The notes beneath the pieces were generated by a model. The model searched no databases, was not told where the DNA came from, and saw only the letters and a program-made list of their open reading frames with translations. A stretch of DNA of 64,000 bases. It comes from Saprolegnia diclina VS20. Lineage: Eukaryota. Shown here in pieces: positions 1 through 11,155 of this stretch; position 1 is the stretch's first letter, and each line of letters starts with the position of its first letter. Both the position numbers and the translations under genes were made by a program. The stretch spans positions 74,700 through 138,699 of the forward strand of contig NW_008246144.1 in the NCBI RefSeq assembly GCF_000281045.1. The letters are read 5' to 3'.

Positions 1-1821
1 GCGTCCATTTTGGTCGCCGATGCCTCGTGCACCAGCTTGCCAATCTGCGGCATCCGACCCAACTGCAAGGTCTTCGACTCGTTCTCGTCCGACTGGAGCA
101 GCTACGTGCGGTTTGACGCGATTGGCGACCTCAGCGGCTACACTCAACCCAAACTGTATGACGACACTCTTCTATCTGCATTCTAACACACCTTCTAGCA
201 CGATCGCAAACTCGTCGACTCTCACGCTCGCCAAGATGAAACTGCCACCGACGCTCACAAAATTGTATGGACCCTATTCCTCCTTTTCACACAATACTAA
301 TACGGACCAATGGGGCAGGACACTCTCAAACATTTCAAATGTCGACCTCGGCGCCATTCAAGCAACACAGTGGAGCGCGCTCACGGACCTGTACGTAAGC
401 CTCAATGTAGCCGGTATCTCAACGCACGCACCGCTAGTACGTTCGACCTGTCGACGGTTGTCCTCACCAACAGCGTCAAGTGGCCACAGTCGCTGGCATC
501 ATCGTACGTAGTACCACCGTGCTTCTCATCATTTCATCATGTGCTTGTTTTCATAGGATGTTTGCAAATACCGACCTCGACTACATTCCGCAAGGCTTGC
601 CGTCGACGGTCAAGGAGCTGTACGTCACGCAGCTGGTATCCGAGATCTTATTGAGGGACTAGGGCGATGCAAGGCAACAGCCTCGTAGACCTCACAAACC
701 TCCCTGCCAACCTCACGCTTTTGTACCAAAACAAGCTAGATTGTAGCATCGGCTCATGACGTTTTAGAAACCTCGCCGGAAATTTGCTGCTGTCGATCAC
801 TGACCGCGACTGGCGCGCCCTAACCTTTCTGTGGGTACCAACTTGATGGTTATGGAGAGTAATGCTTGTACCACTAGGCGTATCTCGGACAACCCGAAAC
901 TGCAATCAATCGCGCGTGTCCAGCTCTCGACCAAGCTCGAATATTTGTACGTCGATTATGGAGAGGAGAAAATTTGTGGACAAAATTGTCTTCTGTAGCG
1001 ACATGCGAGACTGCCCCTTACTGACCAGCGTCACGATCGACACGAGTACGTTCGCGGCGCTCGACGCGCTTCCCAACGCCGGCGACGCGGACAAGGACGA
1101 CGTCTACCGTGGCTTTGCAGTCAACAAAGACATTTCGACAGATGCCGCCGCCTGCTCGGCCACTAAGGGCACCATCCAGCGCCTCTGGAAGTCCACGAGC
1201 AAGTACCTGGTCAACGTCTGCGTGCTGCCAGGTCCTCCCACAACAAGTCCTCCCGAGCCAACGTCCTCCAGTAAGACCAAGCGTATGACACGACGGATCT
1301 TACGCTCTCAAATCGTAGACACGGGCCTCATCATCGGTGTCGTCGTCGGCGTTCTCGTCCTCGTCGGCGCCATCGTCGCCTTTCTCTTGATCAAGCGCCG
1401 CAAGGCCAAGCAGTCCCCGCCCACACCTGGCTACTATCGCTTCGACGGCAACGACACCATCAACGACGGTCGCACGCTTGGTACGAATGGCACCAAGACC
1501 ATTGGTACCAACGGCACGGGTGGACCGACGGCCGGCACCACCGGCACGCACCGGACGGTCTTCAACCCGGACGTCGANNNNNNNNNNNNNNNNNNNNNNN
1601 NNNNNNNNNNNNNNNNNNNNNNNNNNNNNNNNNNNNNNNNNNNNNNNNNNNNNNNNNNNNNNNNNNNNNNNNNNNNNGAAGGTCGTCTCCAGCCGACGCT
1701 GGACGGGCCGAACGTGCCGTCGTGGGTGTCGGACATTGGTCTGCAGTGTTTGCAGCTGCATGAAGAAGATCGTCCGACGTCTCTCATGCTCGCGTCGATG
1801 CTCAACAAGTGCCATGTCTGA
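1..1821 (+). CDS. LRR-like receptor kinase (TKL family), 5'-partial, multi-exon; most of the kinase domain is missing at the gap 1578-1677
   Basis: Run of 60-72 nt LRR-like exons bounded by GT-AG introns; TM helix GLIIGVVVGVLVLVGAIVAFLLI followed by KRRK; kinase C-terminus EGRLQPTL..PSWVSDIGLQCLQLHEEDRPTS after the gap. Confidence 0.8.
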
Positions 1822-1939
1822 GCGTCACCTTATATTCGGCATGACGTCATATAATTCATTGATGCTATCCTGGATTTGTTTTTCAGGTTCGATTTTGGAG
1901 GGTGCAATGGACGATCGCAGATTTGAATGGGATTTTTCT

Positions 1940-2405
1940 GGGCCGATTTTATCCGGACATTATTATCCGGGCAATTGGCACGGCGAGCTGAGAGCATGAG
2001 CGGCGAGGTGAATCGACATTTGAAGTTTTGGAATGAAGTCTCTTGTTTTGTTTTATATGGATAAAGAAAGGTCCAAGGAGTCCAAAACCCCTAAAACGGT
2101 GCTCGTACTGCTGTGCCAACAGCGTATGCTATGCGCCGTTAAAGTTTGGAAAGAACGGATACATTGATACACTGATACTGAGTTTTGTATCAGCTCGCTG
2201 CAGCTTGAACAACGCATAGCATACGCTGTTGGCACAGTACGAGCACCGTTTTAGGGGTTTTGGACTCTTTGGACCTTTCTTTATCCATATAAAACAAAAC
2301 AAGAGACTTCATTCCAAAACTTCAAATGTCGATTCACCTCGCCGCTCATGCTCTCAGCTCGCCGTGCCAATTGCCCGGATAATAATGTCCGGATAAAATC
2401 GGCCC
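1940..2405. mobile_element. Foldback/MITE-like long inverted repeat
   Basis: Arms 1940-2135 and 2213-2405 are reverse complements (one substitution and one 3-bp indel seen) around a ~77-bp spacer; no credible coding content; no clear TSD. Confidence 0.75.
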
Positions 2406-3466
2406 GAAAAAACGTCCTGTCTGCAGCGAAAGACCCTAACAATTCAATGCCAGGAGCAATCCAGCATGAATATATATATATATACCCCACCTTACTCTTT
2501 GTCGGAGAACGCACACGAGGTCATTGCGCACTTCCATCCATTCTGACAGGGGTGGACAAACTTGCCTGCGACGACATTCCAACATACACACTTTGCCGCC
2601 GCTGTCGCTTGGCCGCTTGGCGTTGAAAGTTCGGCGCGATGACCAGTTTCAAGTCCCTTTCGATGACAGTCTAGTTTCCCACATCCCAGGTGGGAAACAT
2701 GTGGGAAACCACCGAGCGTTTGATCAAGACGTGGTACCTACCTCCACATCTGGTCAGTATTCCACCTCGTTGCCGTTCTGACGATCGCACAGCACCAGTC
2801 CACTTCCAGTCCTACACCGATACGACGGAGGGTGGTGTCTGAGCGTCGCAGGAATGCATCGATCGCTTTCCGGTTGTAGACCTTCCCTGCCACCCAATGC
2901 TTCTAGGTTGGAGTTGCTTCGTCTGGATGCGCTTGGTGCCTGATCGTCCACAAGGAGACTCTAGTACGAGTTGCACATACAACGACCCAACTAATAAAAA
3001 TGTGAGGAACATTTGACATCGCTGTGAAATATGCCGCCTACGTAAGTGGGACGAGCCACGGACGTGGGCTAGGACTGACATTGGCGCTGCTTCGTTTCGA
3101 CGACGTTGCCGTCTGCTGTACTGTACTACAGTGGTAGCAGTGCAATCGTCTCCGAGAAATTTCGTCGTGCTGTCGCGTCTCTAGCTCGAACAGCACAGAA
3201 GCTCCACGATCCATTCTCATGCGGCAATTCCGGCTTCGCTAGAACACACAGCGCAATGATTTCGCGTACGATCTACCCCAAAACAGCTACAGTGTAGAAG
3301 GACATCAATACCTCAACGACAGGCTTCAACTGCGCCATACACGCCGTTCTTCGCACATCGTCTTCTTGTCAAGGCATTTTTCAAAGCGGATTTTTTGCTG
3401 TCTCCATCCTGAAACGATCTTCGGTCCAAAATCGGTTGCTGGTTCAAAGGTACACATTGTCATTAA

Positions 3467-4861
3467 TTACGTCGACGGTAAAAAGAGCGTGACAACCAAG
3501 TAGACGTCGAGGCCAATCACAAAGAGGGTCAAGAAGCTCGTGAGGCACACCATAAACGTCGAGTTGGTCCACTCGCCCATGATCGAGCGCTGGCTCGTAA
3601 AGACGACCACCGGGACGAGGCAAAAGGGGACGCAGAAGCTCCCCACGACGTTGCAGACCATGAGCACCGACGTCGGCGAAAAGCCGCAAAAGAGAATGAC
3701 TAAGCACGGCGTGACCGTGATCGCCCAGCGCAGCCACATACTCAGATGGAAACTGGTGAAGCCACCCATGATGACTTGGCCGGCGAGCGTCCCGACCGCC
3801 GACGACGAGATACCCGCGGCGAGTAAACCGACACCAAAGATGACGCTTGCCGCCTTCCCAAGCAGCGGTTCGAGGGTTTTGTACGCATTTTCCATCACGT
3901 CGAGATCCGCATACCCGGCCACATAAAACGTTGAAGCCGACATGGTGAGCATCGCGATATTGACGATCGCAGCGACACCAAGCGCGATCGCGATCCCGGC
4001 AATCTCAAACTTGAGCGGCGGCAAGATGGTTTCGCCCGCGACACCGCGCTCGTGCCGGCCTTTCGTGAGCTCCGAGTGCAGGAAGATAGCGTACGGTGTG
4101 ACCGTCGCACCCACGATCCCGACCGCGTTGACGACGCTGCCGGGGCCGTCGAAGCTCGGCACAAAGGTGTGGTACGCGACCTGGGGCCAGTCGACGGACG
4201 AGAGCGCGGTTTCGACGATGTAGCAGACGACAATCATCGACACGAACGCAAAGATCGCGGCTTCAAAGTACGCGGCCTTGGCGTTGTGGACGAGGAGGAG
4301 CGCGAGCGTCGTAAAGCCAGTGAGGACGCCGCCCCACGCAAGCGGAATGCCAAAGAGGAGCTTGTACGCGACGGCAGCGCCGATAAACTCGGAGACGTCG
4401 CACGTGACGACGCTCACTTCCGCGACAAACCAGCAGACGTACACGACCCAGTTTGGCCACGCGTCGCGCGTGACCTGCGGCAAGCTCTTCCCAGAGGCAA
4501 GGCCAAGCTTGGCCGAGAGAATTTGGAAGAGCATCGCAATCAAGCTCGAGCAGAGAATGACCCAGAGCAGCGTGAGGCCGTACTCGGCGCCGCCTTCGAT
4601 GTTGGACGCCATGCTGCCCGGATCAATGTAGGCTATCGACGTGACAAAGGCTGAGCTGAGCGCGGGGAGCAGCTTTTGGCAAAACGACTTGGGCGGTCGA
4701 GGCGTCTCCTTGATGTCGAGCACCGTGCTGGCATCGTGCGACGGGGTCTTGACAAGCGTGGCGGGCGACTGGAGAACCGCGTACGCGGGCGACGGCAGTA
4801 CGTCGTGGACATGCGACGGGTCCTGGGAGGGGCTCGGCGGCTGAGTGACAATCTCTCGCAT
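3467..4861 (-). CDS. NRAMP/SLC11 (MntH-like) metal transporter with atypical metal-binding motifs, intronless
   Basis: AYIDPGSMASNIEGGAEYG, LSAKLGLASGKSL, GATVTPYAIFLHS, LLAAGISSSAVGTLAGQVIMGGF; about 11 hydrophobic segments. ATG 4861 lies just downstream of an Inr/FPR motif. Confidence 0.93.
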   Translation of the reverse strand: MREIVTQPPSPSQDPSHVHDVLPSPAYAVLQSPATLVKTPSHDASTVLDIKETPRPPKSFCQKLLPALSSAFVTSIAYIDPGSMASNIEGGAEYGLTLLWVILCSSLIAMLFQILSAKLGLASGKSLPQVTRDAWPNWVVYVCWFVAEVSVVTCDVSEFIGAAVAYKLLFGIPLAWGGVLTGFTTLALLLVHNAKAAYFEAAIFAFVSMIVVCYIVETALSSVDWPQVAYHTFVPSFDGPGSVVNAVGIVGATVTPYAIFLHSELTKGRHERGVAGETILPPLKFEIAGIAIALGVAAIVNIAMLTMSASTFYVAGYADLDVMENAYKTLEPLLGKAASVIFGVGLLAAGISSSAVGTLAGQVIMGGFTSFHLSMWLRWAITVTPCLVILFCGFSPTSVLMVCNVVGSFCVPFCLVPVVVFTSQRSIMGEWTNSTFMVCLTSFLTLFVIGLDVYLVVTLFLPST

Positions 4862-4875
4862 GCTGAGAAACGAGA

Positions 4876-4890
4876 GAATGGGAAAATGAA
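4876..4890 (-). promoter_or_regulatory. Oomycete Inr+FPR core promoter (NRAMP)
   Basis: Minus strand TTCATTTTCCCATTC resembles the oomycete TCATTYBNNNWTTY consensus, 15 nt upstream of the ATG. Confidence 0.55.
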
Positions 4891-6074
4891 CCGGTGAATC
4901 ACCAAGCGATTCGTGCGGAGGACCGACAAAAACGTATGGTTTTGCAAATTGCACGAGAAGGAACAGCTGTTGCAGGTCGCACGTCAGATCACGTCGCCCG
5001 ACTCGACCGCGCGTGCATTTTCTACCCAGCACAATGTTTTGTCCGTCGATGGTATCTTGGGATCTCTGCTTGTTATGCCCAAGACGTAGCTAGCCGCGAG
5101 AGATAACGTAACATTGACCCTCGACGGCCTTCAAGGCACCAAATGCTTCATTCGTTACCATCTGATTTGGATACCGCGTTCAAGTTCGCGAAGTTGAAAT
5201 TCGGATACGATTTGCGCAGTGCACACCACAGAGTACAAACAAGACACAAAAGTTATACTTTGCGTAAAAACAAGCTATACGGCTGGAGACTCTGGAACGC
5301 AAAATACTAGCGTTTGGCCGTGGAAAGGCATTGATGGGGTTGTGATTTCACACGTAAAACCTACTTCTCACCGGGTGCCACTGCTGGTGTCGCCGCTCGT
5401 TGACAAGTATCAACCGTGCTTGCGCGACGCAACGAAGCAAGATGCAGCTCATTTGTATCAGCTGCGCTCAGCAAACTAGCGGCGCGATCCTTCACATCAT
5501 GGCAAGACATCACCAAGATACCGCTCCATCGGTCCCACGCCCAAAGTTGCTCTTGAGGAGAGTCTCAGATACCAGCAAGTCATCATGCTATTGTCTCGTT
5601 TGGGTACATACTGCACGAACAAGCTTTGACCAAGATCAAGATTCGTGGTCCTGAATGGCCGGGAAACCGTTATCAGCACGTTGAAGTTGGTAGCTCAGGA
5701 GGGACTGAGACGTGCGGTTTGATCATGGAAAAGGGTGATAGCAACAACGACCGCACCCGGGTAACCGACGTCGGACAAGTCGCTCGCGCCTGTCGCTGTT
5801 TGTGGACCTGCAACGGCCACCAGAAAAACGAAGTTGACCTGCCACTTGGTTGCCCATCTTGCATCTTGGCTGCCAGGTTTGAGCGCACTCCACCAGGAAT
5901 GAGCCGGCCCAAATTGTAGCTCGCCTCATGCAAGAACCAAAGCGACCCGTAGTCGGCCACGTACACTCGCACGTTGCCACGATTGCTGTATCAACAACAT
6001 TCCAAAGCGACGAAGCTCCATCGGACTGACAATCCCACGCCATATTAGTGTTGATGATTTCTCCAAGTGTCTCT

Positions 6075-9000
6075 TTACAGCGCGGGCGAGTACTTGAGGA
6101 ACTGCATGCTAAAGTCCGCTTCGCCCTGCGTCTTGGAGCGGAGCGCCGTGGCGTACCCGACCATGTTGGCCAGCGGCACGTGGGCGTCGATGCGGCTCCG
6201 GCCGACGCGCATCGACGAGCAAAGTCCAACCTAGTGCTCTACATCAGCACGCCACTTATCTTTCGGCACGTACTTCCTGAATGTGGGCCCGGCGCTGCGA
6301 GTTCAAATCCGAGAGGATGTCGCCGACGCACCGATCCGGCGTCCGCACGAGGAGCGCCATCATCGGCTCGAGCTGCACGGGCATCGCGAGCTCGATCGCC
6401 TCCTTGAGCGCGAGCGACGCGCAAGATCGGAAAGCTTGCGCGGACGAGTCATTGTCAAACTCGCAGTTGGCGGCGTCGACCGTAATTTCGAGGTACGCAA
6501 GGCGGTGGCCCGTGAGCGGACCGCAGCCAAAACCACTCTATCGAGCGCAAGGGAGCTCGAAACATGCAACGTGCGACAGAAGATGCACCTGGAAACCGTC
6601 TTCAATCGCTTGGACAAAGCCATGGGGCAGCTTTTGAAACAGCGACGCGTCCTTCGTCTCCGACTTCTTCCATTTGATGCGGTTGGTGCCGTCCTTGGAC
6701 GACTCGGGGTCGATCGGGGCCAGCGTAAAGGCCACCTTGGCAAACTGCCGGTCGGTGCCCAGCATCGTATCGTACCGAAACTCGTGCTACCACTCTCGTT
6801 AGTCATTGNNNNNNNNNNNNNNNNNNNNNNNNNNNNNNNNNNNNNNNNNNNNNNNNNNNNNNNNNNNNNNNNNNNNNNNNNNNNNNNNNNNNNNNNNNNN
6901 NNNNNNNNCGGCGTCAAGCCGAACCGGTCACGCAGCAAGTCGAGGAGCTCGTGGTCTTCGATAGCGCGACTCTCAACGACACATCCGTTCTCAATGACAC
7001 TAAGCCAGCGTAAAGGCCACCTTGGCAAACTGCCGGTCGGTGCCCAGCATCGTATCGTACCGAAACTCGTGCTACCACTCTCGTTAGTCATTGGCGAAAC
7101 AGGGCTAAGGTTTCATAACCCTAACCCTTTTATACAAAAGGCGTACGTCAATAGTGGCCGAGATCGACTCGCGGTATGCGACGCGCATTTTGCCCACGGA
7201 CGGGTTGAGCTTGTACTCGGTCTTGAGCCGATCCTGGAGGATTTCCATGTGCAGCTCGCCCATGCCGCTCATCTAAACAAAAAATAAGAAAAATTCAAAA
7301 CTATCGAGCACCCACCAGTGTCTGGCCCGTCTCTTCGTCTTGCGTCACCACAAAGCTCGGGTCTTCCCGCTGGAGATGCTGGAGCGCTTCGTCGAGTTCC
7401 TTTTGGCGGCTCAGCGAGTCCGACTCGATCGAGCACGTAAAGACCTACGCCGTCCATGTCGTCCTCTAACGCTCGGTATGCCTGAAGAAGATACCGGCGC
7501 CGGAATCTCGACACCGGGAAGCACGAGACGCGTGTTGTCGCTGGCTGCGATTAGCGTATCCCCCGTAAACCTAGTCAGCACACCATGAGCCTTCAATTCG
7601 TCAAAATGACGATGTATCGTACGTGTTCTTGAGCCCGACGGCCGCGCCAATGTTGCCAGCCGTGATGAGCTCAACTTCGTCGGCCTCGTCGGCCGCCACT
7701 TGCATGAGGCGCGTGATGCGCTCTTTGGCATTCCTAGGCATGGGCTAAGATCGTATTGTCACTATGGAAGCTCCAAGTACGTACCGCGTCGTGTTGAGCA
7801 GCTGCGCTTTGGCGTTGAGCGTGCCCGAGTAAACACGAAAGAACACAATCGGGCCGCGCTGCCGGTCGTGCTTGACCTATGTGTCACCGTATTTCAGCCG
7901 TGCCCAATATCTCGATAGACAAACCTTGAACGCGAGGAGCGAGAGCGGGCTCGAAGCGTCGGCCTCTTTTTGGAGGGTCTTGAGCACCGTGTGATTCTTG
8001 TCGATTTGCGTGGCCTCAAAGGGCGAGCTCGACGGGTCGGCGGGCGACGGCAAGTAGTCGACAACAGCGTCCAAAAGCGGCTGGACACCCTTGTTCTTGA
8101 GCGCACTAATCATCGATAGCAAACACTCGGACTGCGAGGATCGAAGCGGGGACTTGCACCTGCCGCAGAGAGTCAAGACAGCTCGCGGCGCGTCGTCGGG
8201 CTTGCGCACCGTGATGCGGCGCAACGCCGCCTTGAGCGTCGCATCATCAACGTCCTCTTCCATGAGAAAGAGGTCACCGAGGACGTCGTCGAAATCAGAG
8301 GCCTTCTCGACCAACCTAATAGACAATTCTGTACACGTCATGAAAGAGGGCAATGTCGTCGTACGCAGCACGCGCCGCCGCGGCCTTGGCGTAGAGCGCT
8401 TGCATTTTCTCATTGCCCGTCACTGGGAGCAGCGGCAGCCTACGCAGCTCAAAAAATAAACTGCTGTAGCGAGGTTCGAAGCTCGTACCGGCGGACTTGT
8501 TCGCCGTCGCCGCCATGCCACGTGAGCATTTCCATCGTAATGACATCGACGACGCCATAGAACTCGCTGTTTTCGCCCATCGGAATTTGAATCGGAAGCG
8601 CCACGACGTTGAATCTAGTGTTGTTGCCGGACTTGAAGTGGCGATCACGCGACCCGGACCGTACCGCTGCTCAATCATCGCCAACGTCCGGTCGTACGAG
8701 GCGCCTTCGCGGTCCAGCTTGTTGACAAACGCAATGCGGGGCACCTACAAGCTGCGTGTTGCTGCAGGCGTCGACAAGAAGGCAGGCGCGGACCTTGTAC
8801 CGGTCGGCTTGCTCCCAGACTGTCTCGGTTTGGGCTACGAAACGTGTGATACGACGCTATTGTCGCCAAGGATGAGCCGATACCTTCGACGCCGGCGACG
8901 CCGTCAAAGACGGCAACCGCGCCGTCGAGCACACGCACAGCGCGCTCGACCTCGATGGTAAAGTCGACATGGCCCGGCGTGTCGATGAGGTTGATGCGGT

Positions 9001-9334
9001 GGTCCTTCCAGTCGAAGGAGATGGCCGCCGACCCGATCGTGATCCCGCGCTCGCGCTCCTGCGGCATGAAGTCCATGGTCGTGTCGCCGTCGTGGACCTC
9101 GCCCATGCGCGTGATGGCGCCTATATGTAGCGACTTAGGGTCATCCTGCCATGCGCTTGAAGTTTTACCCGAGTAGAAGAGCATGCGCTCGGTCGTCGTC
9201 GTCTTCCCAGCGTCAATGTGGGCGAGGATGCCAATGTTGCGCAGCTTGGCAATGTCGGTGGGCGCCGACGCAAAGCTCCGCGCGGCCAGCAGTACGCGGG
9301 CGCGGGACCGCGCCGAGACGAGTTGCCGCAACAT
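6075..9334 (-). CDS. GFM2: Mitochondrial elongation factor G2 / ribosome-releasing factor 2 (EF-G family GTPase), multi-exon, spans the gap
   Basis: Arg/Ser-rich presequence [91 protein letters not shown]; domain [30 protein letters not shown] ending at TAA 6075. EF-G family is certain; G2 versus G1 is inferred. Confidence 0.85.
6909..7092. other. Probable assembly artefact: 95-bp copy of the NAT 3' end fused to a duplicate of EF-G2 sequence
   Basis: 6909-7003 equals 11159-11253 (1 mismatch); 7004-7092 repeats 6719-6808; the block begins exactly at the edge of an N gap. Confidence 0.75.
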
Positions 9335-9351
9335 GGTTTGGAATGGCCAGT

Positions 9352-9367
9352 CAAATCTGGGAATGCC
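9352..9367 (-). promoter_or_regulatory. Oomycete Inr+FPR core promoter (EF-G2)
   Basis: Minus strand GGCATTCCCAGATTTG, about 18 nt upstream of ATG 9334. Confidence 0.5.
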
Positions 9368-9529
9368 ATATTTAGTAGCACTAAACCTGGCACGTGCCAA
9401 TTTATGTGTCATGAATAGTGGCATTTGCCATGTTTAAGAGTCGACGCCACGGTTCGGTCTCTCTGGTATGATATCCTCTCAAAATGCATGGATGACATTG
9501 GGTTTGACAGGTTGAAGGCCTCAGGGCTC

Positions 9530-10750
9530 ACCTCTGTGGCTTCAACCTGGCAGCGCAACCACGAACGGCAGCTTATAGATGTCTAGAGCAGCAACAGAGT
9601 GACAAGAGGGATCACAGTACCGTTGTGATTCAAATTCGATTATAATGGAATTTATTTGAGTGGTTTTTGCACCGTTGACGCGGGAGAATTGCTGCTTTAG
9701 AGTGGCGTGTTTAGCGGTACACTATGACCGTCGAGAGCTTTCCAATTCAAGACAGGCAGTAGATCATGTTTTGTTAGCCTTTTCATAGCCTATACGACGA
9801 GATACATTGAGCCGATTTACATCAAAACTGGCTCACAGGACGCGAAACAAGCTGCGACTGCCCGTGCAAGTTAATGGCGGCCAAGCTCGGTGTTTCGACG
9901 CGTACAAGCTGTCAAAAATGTGTTTTTGAGTGTTGAGATCATTTAGCAATGTACGCACACATTCCAACGACCTTGAACTTCTCGCGGGCGGTGCGACGTG
10001 GCTTCAACCAACCACAACACACCCGTTAACGCATGGTACGAGCATCAAAAGCGATAGAAAATGGACTTTAATGACGAATAATGGCTCTCAGATAACAGTG
10101 ATTTCCATAAAATTGGCCATGGAAAAATGCGATGTTAACAGGTAGCGCGGAAGCCAGATCTAGCGATTGTAGTTGCCTGAACTCAACTGGGGCTTGTTGC
10201 GCTCCAGAGCATTGGTACAGGAGACAGGCGCGAATCTATGGCCTCGCGTTTTCACAACCTTTACTACGAAGTACATGGGGCCATTTACATCAAATTTGAC
10301 TCTACTCTACTGACTCGACTGCCACGTATGGTCCAGTGGCGCCATACACTCGAATTTGCCCAATCACAAGTCGTATAGCCGTGCTTGCGAGAGATAATAA
10401 CCTCTTTCAATGCATAGATCGATTGCAAAACCATTGATATGGGACCTGTGCGTTGCACACCACTTCAACCTCTCAGCACGGACTAGAAAGGCAGCTATAG
10501 CATTTCAAGAGCACTAGAAAAAGATAATATAATGGTGGCGAGAACGTCTCGATTCAAACTCGGTTTCTAGCAAATTGGCCCTGGAAATTTCGGTGATTTT
10601 TGAACGCTTTGCTATGTGACGTTGTCAGCATCGACACACTGTGTTCAACCTTGCTTTATTGCGCTCACGTTACCCACTAGGCGCCATAGAAGAGATGGGA
10701 AAATGCCCCATTTGAGCTGCCGCTTTTGCGCGTTTACTACATCATGCTAG
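9530..10750. repeat. Degenerate tandem array, period ~462 bp, about 2.5-3 copies
   Basis: TTCAACC at 9541/10003/10464; GATTCAAA at 9627/10551; AAATTGGCC at 10110/10572; ATTTACATCAAA at 9815/10283, each with similar flanking sequence. Confidence 0.7.
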
Positions 10751-11155
10751 GATATCTGCCCAAGGGAATGGAGTACATTGTTCCTCCATTGACCATGTCA
10801 GTCTGAACATGTACTGACAAAGACAAACAGAAACGCCATCGGAACACAGATACAGTAGCTCCTAGAGAAATGTTGCGTCCAACGACGTCGTCTCGTGCTC
10901 ATCGATAATGTGTGTACACAAGGAGGACATTGTTGGACACTTGAGCTTGGAGGCAAAAGGAAAACTGAATTCGATCGACCATTTACAAAGCTAAACCTAA
11001 ACCCGCTCGTAGAGGCTTAGCAACTTGAACTTCATCTTGAACTGCAAGTTGTCATGGAGAAGAGAACACACGCGCTGGATCGCGGATCCCAGCCGTAACA
11101 GACATACACTCATTTTTCCAAGCCTTTTTAGGGTTCTTTAGGCCATAACTAGTGT

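Noticed and set aside
1578..1677. Apparently truncated kinase domain in receptor kinase 1
   Set aside because: Coincides with a 100-N placeholder gap, so missing sequence is more likely than real truncation.
2674..2710. Small hairpin GTTTCCCAC...GTGGGAAAC with a repeated arm
   Set aside because: A 9-11 bp stem with no RNA-gene features; insufficient support.
7116..7128. Telomere-like TAACCCTAACCCT
   Set aside because: Only two units, inside an EF-G2 intron; consistent with chance.
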